Below, one piece after another: positions 31,267 through 40,594 of a stretch of 64,000 nt of DNA; within the stretch, counting starts at the first letter, position 1, and every line of letters starts with the position of its first letter. The DNA comes from Desulfurococcales archaeon (GTDB taxonomy: Archaea > Thermoproteota > Thermoprotei_A > Sulfolobales > Desulfurococcaceae): positions 32,001 to 96,000 of the forward strand of contig JALVYU010000011.1 of NCBI GenBank assembly GCA_027022365.1, in the 5' to 3' direction. The notes under the pieces are model-generated. The model did no database searches. It saw only the letters and a list, made by a program, of their open reading frames with translations, and had not been told where the DNA came from. A program made the position numbers and the translations under genes.

Positions 31267-31770
31267 TTGGATATTAGTATACGCAAAATAATAGATTTGA
31301 TTACAAAAGGTGATGACACAGTTCTGAAACGATTCATCGAAATGTACTCAAGGAATAGGATCGAAAGATCTTTTTACACCCTAGAAGAGATAACGATATC
31401 GCTCCTCCACTACATCAAGAGATACACTCCCCAACGCATTGCAGAGATCCTAGGTATGAGCAGGAGCAATGTGTATGCAGTTCTAAAAAGATTCTCGCAG
31501 AAATACGAGAAAGCAGTGAATACGATCAACCTATACGAAGCTATAACAAACGTTATCTACATAACGGTTAGGAAAGGAGAACCTCTGGACGAAGTAGCAA
31601 GAAGAATATACTCGATAGCAGATAAGAAAAAGATAAAGATCCCGTTTAGAGGCTTAGAGCTAATAAATATACTCGAGCGTCGGGACATTGTTGATGAAAG
31701 GCTTAGATTCAAGGATAATTATCGCCTAATATTGTTACCAAATATCGACATAATAGTTGAGAAGATATAG
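31267..31770 (+). CDS. Tfx-like HTH DNA-binding protein
   Basis: IAEILGMSRSNV HTH; ARRIYSIADKKKIKI C-terminal motif. Confidence 0.7.
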   Translation: MDISIRKIIDLITKGDDTVLKRFIEMYSRNRIERSFYTLEEITISLLHYIKRYTPQRIAEILGMSRSNVYAVLKRFSQKYEKAVNTINLYEAITNVIYITVRKGEPLDEVARRIYSIADKKKIKIPFRGLELINILERRDIVDERLRFKDNYRLILLPNIDIIVEKI

Positions 31771-31815
31771 TGTTCCTTTTAATAGAACGCCCCTATGGCT
31801 TGCAACAATAGATCA

Positions 31816-32590
31816 TTATATCTTTACTGGCTTTACAGTATTTTCATCAAATGAATTATAACCTACATGCTCACCTACCCTGATCAGACCATTACAGTTA
31901 TGCAGAGCGAAGGTTATTGCTTTGACCCCATCGATTCCTCGAAGAAGCGCCTTACAAGTTCTCTTATGCTCGTCTACAACGTATTTTGAGCCCGGATAAT
32001 CATAAACAAGTACCTGGCAATAATGAACAAATCGCATCGTATGTTCCCAGTATTTCCGACGGAGGCTACTTAGGCTTCAGAACTTTAATTAGCGGCTCCT
32101 CCTTCCATACCCTCGCGATTGTGCCATACATCTTTTCTAGGAAAACGATTGTATTAACCATGTGTCTGAGGGGCAGGGCTTCTTCTGGTGTATAAGATGG
32201 AGGATTAATGATATCAGTTACACATAGAGGATTGTTTATTCTAGGCTTGTATGCCAGAACATATATGGGATGTGCTGGGAGCTTTTTCCAAGCCGTACGT
32301 ATACTCGAGCTCTATGATGGCCGTCTAGAATATAGTTATAGTAATCTCCTATGTTATTTTATACGACTATTACTGGTACCTTGTATTCTTTGAGGAGAGC
32401 CAAGTATAAAACTAGTCCAAGCTTGTCTGATTATATGGTAGGTTGTGTTGCATACAGGTTTAATGGATCTAATTCTTTGATCCCGATATACCTTATAACG
32501 CTATACTTCATTCCAATAAGATCTATGATTTCACGGGGTTTTGATAAAATCCTTATGCGTCGACAGAGGTAGGTGTGAAGGTGTATTACG
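31816..32590 (-). pseudogene. Disrupted tandem ParB/Srx-domain gene
   Basis: Manual translation: LYATQPTI*...VPVIVV*...YILDGHHRAR with in-frame TAA at 32431 and 32359, then frameshifts; a second decayed motif YVVDEHKR lies in the 31816-32037 fragment. Confidence 0.7.
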
Positions 32591-32601
32591 TAATTATTTC
32601 C

Positions 32602-33408
32602 TCATACGAGCCGGTATTCTTTTCCCGCATAGAGTATTACTCTCGCATCCCGCTTCATTTCCTCTAACAATGTCTTCTCGAGGGGAGGTAGCTTCTCGGC
32701 TTCTCGTATGGATAATGGGAACTTCTTAATGAATTCTTCATAGTATCTCTTATCCACTGCAAGTCTACCCACGACTTCAATACGGCCCTGGTAGACTAGC
32801 GTGTTAAACATAGATCCTAGTGCATTCATTGCCTCGTTAATATACATAATCGGTTTTGGTAGCCCCTTCTCTTCTTTTTTGTTCTTCTTTTCCTTGGTAC
32901 TCCGGGTTTTTGCTTTCTTTAGTTCCTCTCTAATTTTATCGAGCTCTTGTCTAAGACTAGATACTTGCTTCTCTATTCTTATGATCTCTTTCTCGATCTG
33001 ACGTATCTTCTCATCTAGATTGGTTAGAGGTTCTTCCGTAGTTCTTGGATATGTTGTTTTGCGTTCTTGTGCTTTAATCTCAGCTTCTACTTCTTGTTCT
33101 TCGGTCAATATAACCTCATGTGTAGCTTCTTCACTTCGAGCTTCTCTAGGGACTTCTTCGATGTTCTCTTCTCTAGGTCCACCAAACTTGTTAACAAACC
33201 ATTCACCCTTATCCGTCAATATGTATCCTTTCCCTGCTTTCTCGATGTAGCCATTATTGCGTAGCCTGTAGACAACAGTTCTTGCGAGCGACATGGATAT
33301 CCCTAGGGTTGCGGCAATATCTTTTATTGTAGCTCCGCTATATTCTTTGAGGAACTCGAGTATTCTTAGCATTAGCGTTTTCTTAGGCACTTTCTCATCC
33401 CTGATCAA
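32602..33408 (-). CDS. Winged-helix DNA-binding protein with coiled coil
   Basis: ATIKDIAATLG...YILTDKG wHTH followed by heptads. Confidence 0.8.
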   Translation of the reverse strand: MIRDEKVPKKTLMLRILEFLKEYSGATIKDIAATLGISMSLARTVVYRLRNNGYIEKAGKGYILTDKGEWFVNKFGGPREENIEEVPREARSEEATHEVILTEEQEVEAEIKAQERKTTYPRTTEEPLTNLDEKIRQIEKEIIRIEKQVSSLRQELDKIREELKKAKTRSTKEKKNKKEEKGLPKPIMYINEAMNALGSMFNTLVYQGRIEVVGRLAVDKRYYEEFIKKFPLSIREAEKLPPLEKTLLEEMKRDARVILYAGKEYRLV

Positions 33409-33520
33409 ATTATTATGTTTTTAAGCGGTAATAATCTGTCGCGTTGAGGCGGAATTGTTATAAGGAGTTTTTTCGATAGCTGTGTTAGGTATGCCTAACA
33501 GGAGATGTATGGTGTAGGTT

Positions 33521-34243
33521 ATGTCGCAGGGATTATTTGATGAAGAAACAATAAGTGCACTAAGATCGATATTCGGGCAAATGAAGAAGGAACTCGTTGA
33601 TATACTGGTAGTTGATGATCCAATGGCTCCATCTAGTGGAACTCCAAGTTGTGCGACATGTAAAGAAGCAAAGATCCTTGCTGAGGAGCTTGAAAGGATC
33701 AGTGGGGGTAAGCTGAAGTTCCACATAATTGGCAAAAATAGTCCGGAAGCAAAGCTCTTGAAGCCCAGATATCTTCCCGCATTCATTTATGATACGCCGA
33801 AGAGAAATATTAGGTACTATGGATTGCCTAGTGGGCAGGAGTTTGCACCGTTCATATACATTCATCGATATGTTGATTGGGGTAATGTGAAGCTACAGGA
33901 GAGTGTGATCAAAATAATTAAAGAAATAGATGTGCCTCTTCATATAAAGATATTTGTAACCCCTGAATGCCCGTACTGCCCGCTTGTCGTCGATCAATTC
34001 AATCAGTTCGGCCTAGTAAACAGCAAGCTGATTGTCGAAACCATAGAAGCCATGGAAAACCCGCGTGAAGCAGATATCTATGGTGTATCATACGTACCCG
34101 ATGTGGTAATAACAGATCCGTCAGAATATGATACCTATGGCGCACCACCAGTAGAACGAATAAACGGGTACCTACCAGCTGAGCAGACAGTATTATTCCT
34201 TAAATCAGCCGCTGAGAAAATAGCCTCTAAGTCGAGGCGTTAA
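33521..34243 (+). CDS. Protein disulfide oxidoreductase (two thioredoxin folds)
   Basis: CATC and CPYC motifs; GLPSGQEF. Confidence 0.9.
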   Translation: MSQGLFDEETISALRSIFGQMKKELVDILVVDDPMAPSSGTPSCATCKEAKILAEELERISGGKLKFHIIGKNSPEAKLLKPRYLPAFIYDTPKRNIRYYGLPSGQEFAPFIYIHRYVDWGNVKLQESVIKIIKEIDVPLHIKIFVTPECPYCPLVVDQFNQFGLVNSKLIVETIEAMENPREADIYGVSYVPDVVITDPSEYDTYGAPPVERINGYLPAEQTVLFLKSAAEKIASKSRR

Positions 34244-34248
34244 TAAAA

Positions 34249-34671
34249 TTGACATCTACTCCAGCGTGTAGAAAATACAATCTCAGCCGAAGAGCGGAGG
34301 AATACCTTGAATTAATTCATATCATGCTAAAGAACGGGGAAAGGCCGAAGATTAGGGAGATTGCGCGTCGTCTGGGTGTTAGGCCTAGCAGTGTTGTCGA
34401 GTACCTCAAGAGACTGGAGAGCAAGGGATATATTGTGTACGAGAAAGGCGGGCACATATACTTGACGGAGAAAGGCCTCAAGTATGCTGAGTCGATCTAT
34501 GAGAGACACAAGATTCTCACGAAATTCCTAGAACTTCTCGGAGTCCCACATGATGTTGCTGAAGAAGATGCGTGTTATATCGAGCATGGCATACATGATA
34601 TAACACTTGAAAAAATAATTAGTTTTATCAAGAAATGTGGTAGTTTCCTCGATGAGATCAATACGAAATAA
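34249..34671 (+). CDS. DtxR/MntR family metal-dependent regulator
   Basis: EEYLELI, ERHKIL, EEDACYIEH. Confidence 0.92.
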   Translation: MTSTPACRKYNLSRRAEEYLELIHIMLKNGERPKIREIARRLGVRPSSVVEYLKRLESKGYIVYEKGGHIYLTEKGLKYAESIYERHKILTKFLELLGVPHDVAEEDACYIEHGIHDITLEKIISFIKKCGSFLDEINTK

Positions 34672-34676
34672 GAACG

Positions 34677-35486
34677 CTAGGCTCTCCTTCTACTGAAGAA
34701 TTTTTCAAGCCTAACAACTAGTTTGATCGGATCATCATCAAAAACACAACAGTATCTATTATTGCACTTGAAAAATCCTCCATCGTTTTCTAGATTATTT
34801 CTATCGATACAAATAAATGTTCTTTTTCTCACTTTCATACCCGGTAATAGGTTCTTTATAGACACTATTCTTATGGGGGGAGTTGCAAACATGTTTCTAC
34901 CCCATACTATTATCTTGGAGGCGAGAACGTTTAGATTATCGTTCATGAAACCAATAAGTATCTCCTTGCTCCTACGACCCTGTATTTCAAGTAAATTACT
35001 CCTAGACAATAAGCGCTCAGTAGCCTCCAATAACCGTTTGTACATCCTATAATAGTTTAGTCTCTTCCAAATATTTGAGACCGGATTATCATTCTCCATG
35101 GTTTTGATTATGTCGATTGCTTTATCCATGGCATCTACCGGGTTGTTCGAGATGAGGTAAAAGCCGATGAAAGCACCTAAGAAATAGTATTTGTTTATTG
35201 GTTCAAACGTGACCCATTTCTCCTTAATACTGGTTGTTCTAAGGATATGTATGTATGATTCTGAAATTGGTTTATTCAGTATTACAACTATGTCTCTAGC
35301 GGCTTCGTGTTGTTGATCGTTAGTAGTAATCATTATGTTTTCTCCATGTAGTGACGCTGCCAGAACATCGTTATCCATTGTTAGTGGTATGTTCTCAATT
35401 TCCGATAGGTCTGAACCTGTAGCAATATATCCTGCAAGAAGAAATATTAGCTTGTCATCTACTGTTGCTTGACCAAACAATTTCAT
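34677..35486 (-). CDS. Hypothetical protein, possibly a highly diverged ThiDN relic
   Basis: Only the linker (DAMDKA...NPV...YRMYKRLLEATERL) and the DDPIKLV end resemble ThiD-ThiN. Confidence 0.5.
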   Translation of the reverse strand: MKLFGQATVDDKLIFLLAGYIATGSDLSEIENIPLTMDNDVLAASLHGENIMITTNDQQHEAARDIVVILNKPISESYIHILRTTSIKEKWVTFEPINKYYFLGAFIGFYLISNNPVDAMDKAIDIIKTMENDNPVSNIWKRLNYYRMYKRLLEATERLLSRSNLLEIQGRRSKEILIGFMNDNLNVLASKIIVWGRNMFATPPIRIVSIKNLLPGMKVRKRTFICIDRNNLENDGGFFKCNNRYCCVFDDDPIKLVVRLEKFFSRRRA

Positions 35487-35540
35487 CTGGTATTGTCACC
35501 CAGTTAAAAACATTATTTTAGTGGTTTAAGAAAATGGTAC

Positions 35541-35610
35541 TCCGGATGAAGAAGGTCCCGAACACATCTAGAGCCTTCCTCGGCGATGATGAAGCGGTGG
35601 CTGTCGGATC
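35541..35610 (+). ncRNA. Candidate box C/D sRNA
   Basis: ATGAAGA (35546), guide, degenerate D' (CTAGA), gcc-ttcctc-ggc hairpin, ATGATGA (35586), 12 nt, CGGA (35605). Intergenic. Confidence 0.65.
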
Positions 35611-36328
35611 AAATTATTCTAAGTACATAAAGAACTAGGATAGAAGCCTCAAAGAGTATGCTGGCAAGTAAAAGAACGACATACTTTTTTTCTGAACGAT
35701 AGGGCAGAAGCGTCTTGAGAGGCAATTCGAGCCTATAGTAATTGTTTTCCCAGACAATCCGGCTGTACTCTATCATGCTAGCGGTTGCTGGGCCGAGTCT
35801 CTTCCAGGCTTTCTCTCCTTTAAGAGCCCCGATCGCGAGGGACTCCATCATATCATGTAGTCCCGCAGGCATAGTTCTCCATAGGATTATGGGCGTGATT
35901 GCCTTGTCACCCAACCCTATTTTTATGAGGAAATTGGATAGCTGGACAGGACTAATTATCGAGCCGGCGAATAAGACTAGGAATGAGATATACGTGGTTC
36001 TGAAATAGATCATGCTAGCATCTATGGGGGATATGTGGGCCGCGAAACCGAGAAATCCGAATAGGTACGCGGTTAAGCCATACCATATCCCTGGGATACT
36101 TGATAATGCCAGGCTTGCTCCTGCCCACCATCTGTTAAAGCCTAGGAGGCCTGTTATTGACAGTATTAGGACAGGTATGTAGGGCTCGTTATAAAATGGG
36201 ATATAGATCAATGCTGAGAGGATAATTATTGTTATTTTCAGCACGCTCGGCGCTGCTCTTAATCCGGTCTCCCCGCTCATGAACAGGGACCTATAGATTA
36301 GCCCGACAAGTGCACCTATTATTTGCAT
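35609..36328 (-). CDS. ECF transporter T-component-like membrane protein
   Basis: Multi-TM; coupled to the ATPase and S-component genes. Confidence 0.7.
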   Translation of the reverse strand: MQIIGALVGLIYRSLFMSGETGLRAAPSVLKITIIILSALIYIPFYNEPYIPVLILSITGLLGFNRWWAGASLALSSIPGIWYGLTAYLFGFLGFAAHISPIDASMIYFRTTYISFLVLFAGSIISPVQLSNFLIKIGLGDKAITPIILWRTMPAGLHDMMESLAIGALKGEKAWKRLGPATASMIEYSRIVWENNYYRLELPLKTLLPYRSEKKYVVLLLASILFEASILVLYVLRII

Positions 36329-37650
36329 TTTAACACGCCTCCTTCGATCACGCATGTTTTATCATAGATGCTGTGTAGCCTCTTGTCATGTGATGCAATA
36401 ACTACTGCTTTACCACTACTTGCAGTGGCGAGAATGGAGTCGATCACTTTCCTAACTATATAATTATCAAGACCGCCGCTCGGCTCATCAAAGAGGAAAA
36501 TATCATACCCTGCGAGAAAAGCTGACGCTAGGGCGGCTCTCCTTCTTTCCCCACTGCTTGTCTCCGCCAATGGTTTCTCAAGAATATGCTTTATACCGAA
36601 TTCTTCCGCGGTAGCCGTGATTTTTTCCTCGCTGCAACCTCTTCCGCAGGCCAGTTTTAGTTCTTCTTTGATTGTGGCTCCTGAGAAGTACAGGAGCGGG
36701 TTTTCTGGAATAAGTATTGTCTTTCCTTTACGCATCACTACTCCTCTCGAAGGCTTGTATATTCCAGCGAGTATTTTCAAGAGAGTTGATTTACCGGCTC
36801 CGTTTGATCCCGTAATGCCTATGATCTCTCCTTTACCTACAGTAATTGATATGCCTTTTAGAACGGGTTTTTGTCCCGGATAACTGTACCAGATATTATC
36901 AGCAACTAATAAAACATCATTTCCTCTACTTCTCATGGTCTCTGATGCGAAGCCTTCCTTTGGAGGTGTGGGCACCTTATCTTCTCGGAAAACCCCTTCA
37001 TATACTGGCCTTCCGTTCTCCAGCACTAAGAGTTTAGGTGAGAGACGAGCCCATAGTAATGGATCATGATCAACTATGATAGCGGAGCCCCCGTTTTCGA
37101 GATGTTTCTTTACCAGGTTAACGAATTCTTTCTTGCCTTGCTCATCAATATATACTCCAGGCTCATCCATGAAGAGTACTTTTCCGCCCTTGTCGATATT
37201 CGAAGCCCAAAGGAGACGCTGGATCTGCCCAGCGCTTAGACCATAGGTTATATGGTCTCTGAGCCGTCCTAGACCATATATACTGAGTCTGGAGGGGTTA
37301 CACTGGAGGCCTAGCACGGAGAATGATAGACAATACTCGGTCTCGACCGTGTGGCCCAGCACGCCGTACCATGGATCCTGCGGGATATATCCGATTATCT
37401 GGAAAATCTTTTCGGGTTTTTCACGGTACGGATTTATCCCCGAGACAATAACTTCTCCCCTAAAATACCCGTTTCTCGAGAGCTTGATGAGGCCCAGCAG
37501 GGATTTGAGAAGAGTGGATTTACCACTACCCGATCTCCCAGTTATAACTAGGGCTTCGCCATAATCAACCTGCAGAAACACGTCTTTTATAGAAAATCCT
37601 CCCTTATACCCTGCCTCACTCACCTTGGCCTTGACCGCTGCTTGAGACAT
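36319..37650 (-). CDS. ECF transporter duplicated ATPase
   Basis: Two Walker A motifs (GRSGSGKS, GSNGAGKS), LSAGQ/SSGE, DEP. Confidence 0.9.
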   Translation of the reverse strand: MSQAAVKAKVSEAGYKGGFSIKDVFLQVDYGEALVITGRSGSGKSTLLKSLLGLIKLSRNGYFRGEVIVSGINPYREKPEKIFQIIGYIPQDPWYGVLGHTVETEYCLSFSVLGLQCNPSRLSIYGLGRLRDHITYGLSAGQIQRLLWASNIDKGGKVLFMDEPGVYIDEQGKKEFVNLVKKHLENGGSAIIVDHDPLLWARLSPKLLVLENGRPVYEGVFREDKVPTPPKEGFASETMRSRGNDVLLVADNIWYSYPGQKPVLKGISITVGKGEIIGITGSNGAGKSTLLKILAGIYKPSRGVVMRKGKTILIPENPLLYFSGATIKEELKLACGRGCSEEKITATAEEFGIKHILEKPLAETSSGERRRAALASAFLAGYDIFLFDEPSGGLDNYIVRKVIDSILATASSGKAVVIASHDKRLHSIYDKTCVIEGGVLKCK

Positions 37651-38368
37651 ATCCTGCACGCCTCAGCCATGATGCCAGTGGTATGGCTATGGCAGCACCT
37701 ATTACTGCTTGGCCTATATTGACTGGTACCTCAATAAACGCCGCGGCTGGCGGTCTCCCCGTTAATGGATTACTCACAAAGTACTCGTATAGCAGGTAGC
37801 CTGTAACCATTATTAGACCCGACAACAACACGGCAGCAGCCTCTCCTCCATATACGTTCTTTGCGACACTATATGCGATGAGAGCTCCTAGGACGAAGGC
37901 AATAATTATCCATACTGCAAGAGGGATCTCGATCAATGGGGATTCAAACTTAAAGCTGAGCCACTGCTCCGGCCCAACATATATTTTCCCCCTCCAGTAG
38001 AACACCGAGAAGGACAGTAACAATGCAGTATAACAAGCACCAGTCAATGCACCAATAGCTTTGCCACGCAGCCCTTTAAACCTCCTAGCAAGATATCCGG
38101 CCACGTAGCCCTCAGTAAACTTAATAACTAGTGTTGCAGGAGCGAATATCCCATAACCCGTTGATAAGTCTGCAAGACTCGATCCTATGCCTCCCGCTAT
38201 ACCGGCAACCAATGGCCCGGCTGTAAGGGCTGCTAGGTAGATCATTGCCTCTCCTAGGTTGAAGTATCCACCCGTAGCCGGCTGATATATCTGTAAAGCA
38301 ACTGTGGCGACGTAAACAGCTACTGTATACGCTATAGTTAGTAGAAGCTCCTTACTGTGTGTCTTCAT
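37616..38368 (-). CDS. ECF transporter S component
   Basis: PATGGYFNLGEA...GGIGSSLADL...APATLVIKFTEG. Confidence 0.88.
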   Translation of the reverse strand: MKTHSKELLLTIAYTVAVYVATVALQIYQPATGGYFNLGEAMIYLAALTAGPLVAGIAGGIGSSLADLSTGYGIFAPATLVIKFTEGYVAGYLARRFKGLRGKAIGALTGACYTALLLSFSVFYWRGKIYVGPEQWLSFKFESPLIEIPLAVWIIIAFVLGALIAYSVAKNVYGGEAAAVLLSGLIMVTGYLLYEYFVSNPLTGRPPAAAFIEVPVNIGQAVIGAAIAIPLASWLRRAGYVSSSGQGQGE

Positions 38369-38433
38369 TTCCTTCACCAATAAATACATTCTTGCCTTTC
38401 TGAATTAATATAAAGTTTTTTCTTTAAGAATCC

Positions 38434-39765
38434 CTAGGATAATCGATAGACAGTGTTCAAAAACTCCCTTCCCTTATCAGTTAACCTATATTTTCTAATA
38501 CCCTGCTCCACATACGATTTGATAAGCCCCATTTTCTCCAGCTCTCTAAGATGCTGGTAGACGGCCTGAACAGATATCTTCACCCCGAGGAGCTTCCACA
38601 AGCCGTAACCATGTATGGGCTCGTTCTCCGCTATTTTCTCAAGGATAATTAACTTAGTAGACGGGGGGAATACGCTTATCTCGCTTCTCGCACGACTAGG
38701 CCTGCTATAGGCTTTCGGGCCTTTCAAGCCGTGGCCCGTCAATACAACGACTGTATCGCCCTCTAGTTGTTCGGAGAGCTTCAGGACTCCGGCAAGTGCT
38801 ACGGCTGAGGATGGCTCAACAAATAACCCCTCGTTCCGTGCTAGAAGCTTAGCGGCTCTAAGTAATTCCTTCTTAGAGACCGCCAGTACATCGCTCCTAC
38901 TCAGGATCTTCGATATTTTGTCTTTAACCGGAGAATCTGAGTACATGAGGCCCGGTGGAGGCTCTTCACGACATCCATATGGTATGCCGAAGATTCTTGA
39001 ATAAACGGGGTTTCCGCAGCTCTCGATCCCTATGAGTCTCGGCATAGTTGATATTATTCCTCGATCATACATTTCCTTGTATCCATGATATACGCTATAG
39101 AGTGTTATGCCTGAACCTAGAGGTACTACAATGTTCTTGGGGACCTTCCCTAGTTGCAGGTATATTTCTATACCTATGGTCTTAAGGCCCTCGATAGATA
39201 ATGGGTTGTGGGATGTTGAGCCCGGATAAGCTTTCATCTCGGGAATCTTCTTCGAGACAATATCCAGTAGTTCATCTATTGTTTTATCAAGAACCTTTAC
39301 GTGTGCACCGTACGCTTTCATAAGGAGTATTTTCTCGGGATCTGTTTTCCTTGGAACCACGACGTACGCTTTGATCCCAGCCCTAGCACTATAGGCCGCT
39401 ACGCTTGAACCCATATTGCCATCGCTTGCTAGTAGAATTTTCTTTTCCCCAAGACTACTGGCATGACTAACGATCAGAGCGGCCGCTCGATCCCTGAAAC
39501 TACCTGTCGGGTTTCTCCCTTCATCCTTGAAGTAAACGGGTAGATTCTTGAAGAGCCTTGTAGACCTTATTAGTGGTGTCCATGCTTCGCCAAGACTTAT
39601 CTTTGTCTCTATATCGGGTAGTATTGGTGAGAAGCTCCATATGTTGGATCCCTTGAACCTTGTCCACTTCCATTTATGCCCAGGATGCATTATTTCTCTG
39701 CAAATAGGGCACTTCATAACGGGTGTTACTGTGCTGTAGCCGCATCGTGGACATATGAAGAACAA
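38434..39765 (-). CDS. Threonine-synthase-like protein fused to a C-terminal PadR-like wHTH
   Basis: Zn ribbon, SLGEAWTPL, NPTGSFRDR, VEPSSA; C-terminal HGYGLWKLL...VYQHL...YRLTDKG. Confidence 0.85.
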   Translation of the reverse strand: MFFICPRCGYSTVTPVMKCPICREIMHPGHKWKWTRFKGSNIWSFSPILPDIETKISLGEAWTPLIRSTRLFKNLPVYFKDEGRNPTGSFRDRAAALIVSHASSLGEKKILLASDGNMGSSVAAYSARAGIKAYVVVPRKTDPEKILLMKAYGAHVKVLDKTIDELLDIVSKKIPEMKAYPGSTSHNPLSIEGLKTIGIEIYLQLGKVPKNIVVPLGSGITLYSVYHGYKEMYDRGIISTMPRLIGIESCGNPVYSRIFGIPYGCREEPPPGLMYSDSPVKDKISKILSRSDVLAVSKKELLRAAKLLARNEGLFVEPSSAVALAGVLKLSEQLEGDTVVVLTGHGLKGPKAYSRPSRARSEISVFPPSTKLIILEKIAENEPIHGYGLWKLLGVKISVQAVYQHLRELEKMGLIKSYVEQGIRKYRLTDKGREFLNTVYRLS

Positions 39766-39874
39766 TATTTTATCCCCGGGTGAGTGGCTCGTACATTCTA
39801 TCCTAATATATAATTAAGGTATTAGCTTCCACCATATTAACCAGTTGCGATATACTCTTCAATGGTGTAACGTA

Positions 39875-40588
39875 TTGGCCGAGCAACTATTGACGCCCGT
39901 AGATGTTATCATTGATTCTAGAGAGGACTCCAAACATCCTGAATTTAGGAAATCATTGATCTCTAGCGGTTTAAAGGTTGCAGTCAAGAAGCTAGAGGCG
40001 GGGGACTTCCTATTGCTCGCCTCCCCTGGGAAGAGACCGGTTCTCGTTGAGAGGAAAACAATTAATGATCTGGGGAATAGTATTCGTGATAACCGTATAT
40101 GGGAACAAGCCAAACTACTCGTTGAAGCCGCCAGGAAGGATGGCTACATACCAATGATTGTCATTGAGGGATGGCTCGGTGCCCTCGAAAGATATAGGGG
40201 ATGGAAGATACAGAGTGTGCTAAGGATACTTGACACGCTTATGATAGATTTTGACATCAAGATATTGAATACACCAAACAAGTCAGCTACTATAGGATGG
40301 CTGGTATCAAAGGCTAAAAGTCTAGGCAAGACTAGCGAGAAGAGAGTTTATAGGCTACGCGTCGAGAAGAAACCTATGACTATCCAGGAGAGGATAATAT
40401 ATGTCGCTGAGGGTCTTGTTGGCCCTAAGCTGGCCCGGAAACTATTGGGAGTATTTGGTACATTGCGAAACATTGCGAATGCTAGTATCCAGGATCTTAT
40501 GAAGGTTGAAGGGATAGGTGAAAAGAGAGCTAAGGAGATATATCTCGTCTTCAATACTAGATGGGGAGGAGAAGAAAGGGAAAGGTAG
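39875..40588 (+). CDS. xpf: XPF/ERCC4 structure-specific endonuclease (short crenarchaeal type)
   Basis: IDSRE, GDF, VERKT...D, tandem HhH. TTG start at 39875. Confidence 0.92.
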   Translation: MAEQLLTPVDVIIDSREDSKHPEFRKSLISSGLKVAVKKLEAGDFLLLASPGKRPVLVERKTINDLGNSIRDNRIWEQAKLLVEAARKDGYIPMIVIEGWLGALERYRGWKIQSVLRILDTLMIDFDIKILNTPNKSATIGWLVSKAKSLGKTSEKRVYRLRVEKKPMTIQERIIYVAEGLVGPKLARKLLGVFGTLRNIANASIQDLMKVEGIGEKRAKEIYLVFNTRWGGEERER

Positions 40589-40594
40589 CCCGAA

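Noticed and set aside
31986-32729. Four short plus-strand ORFs in the 32-kb gap
   Set aside because: Better explained as shadows of the minus-strand ParB-like pseudogene and its upstream gene.
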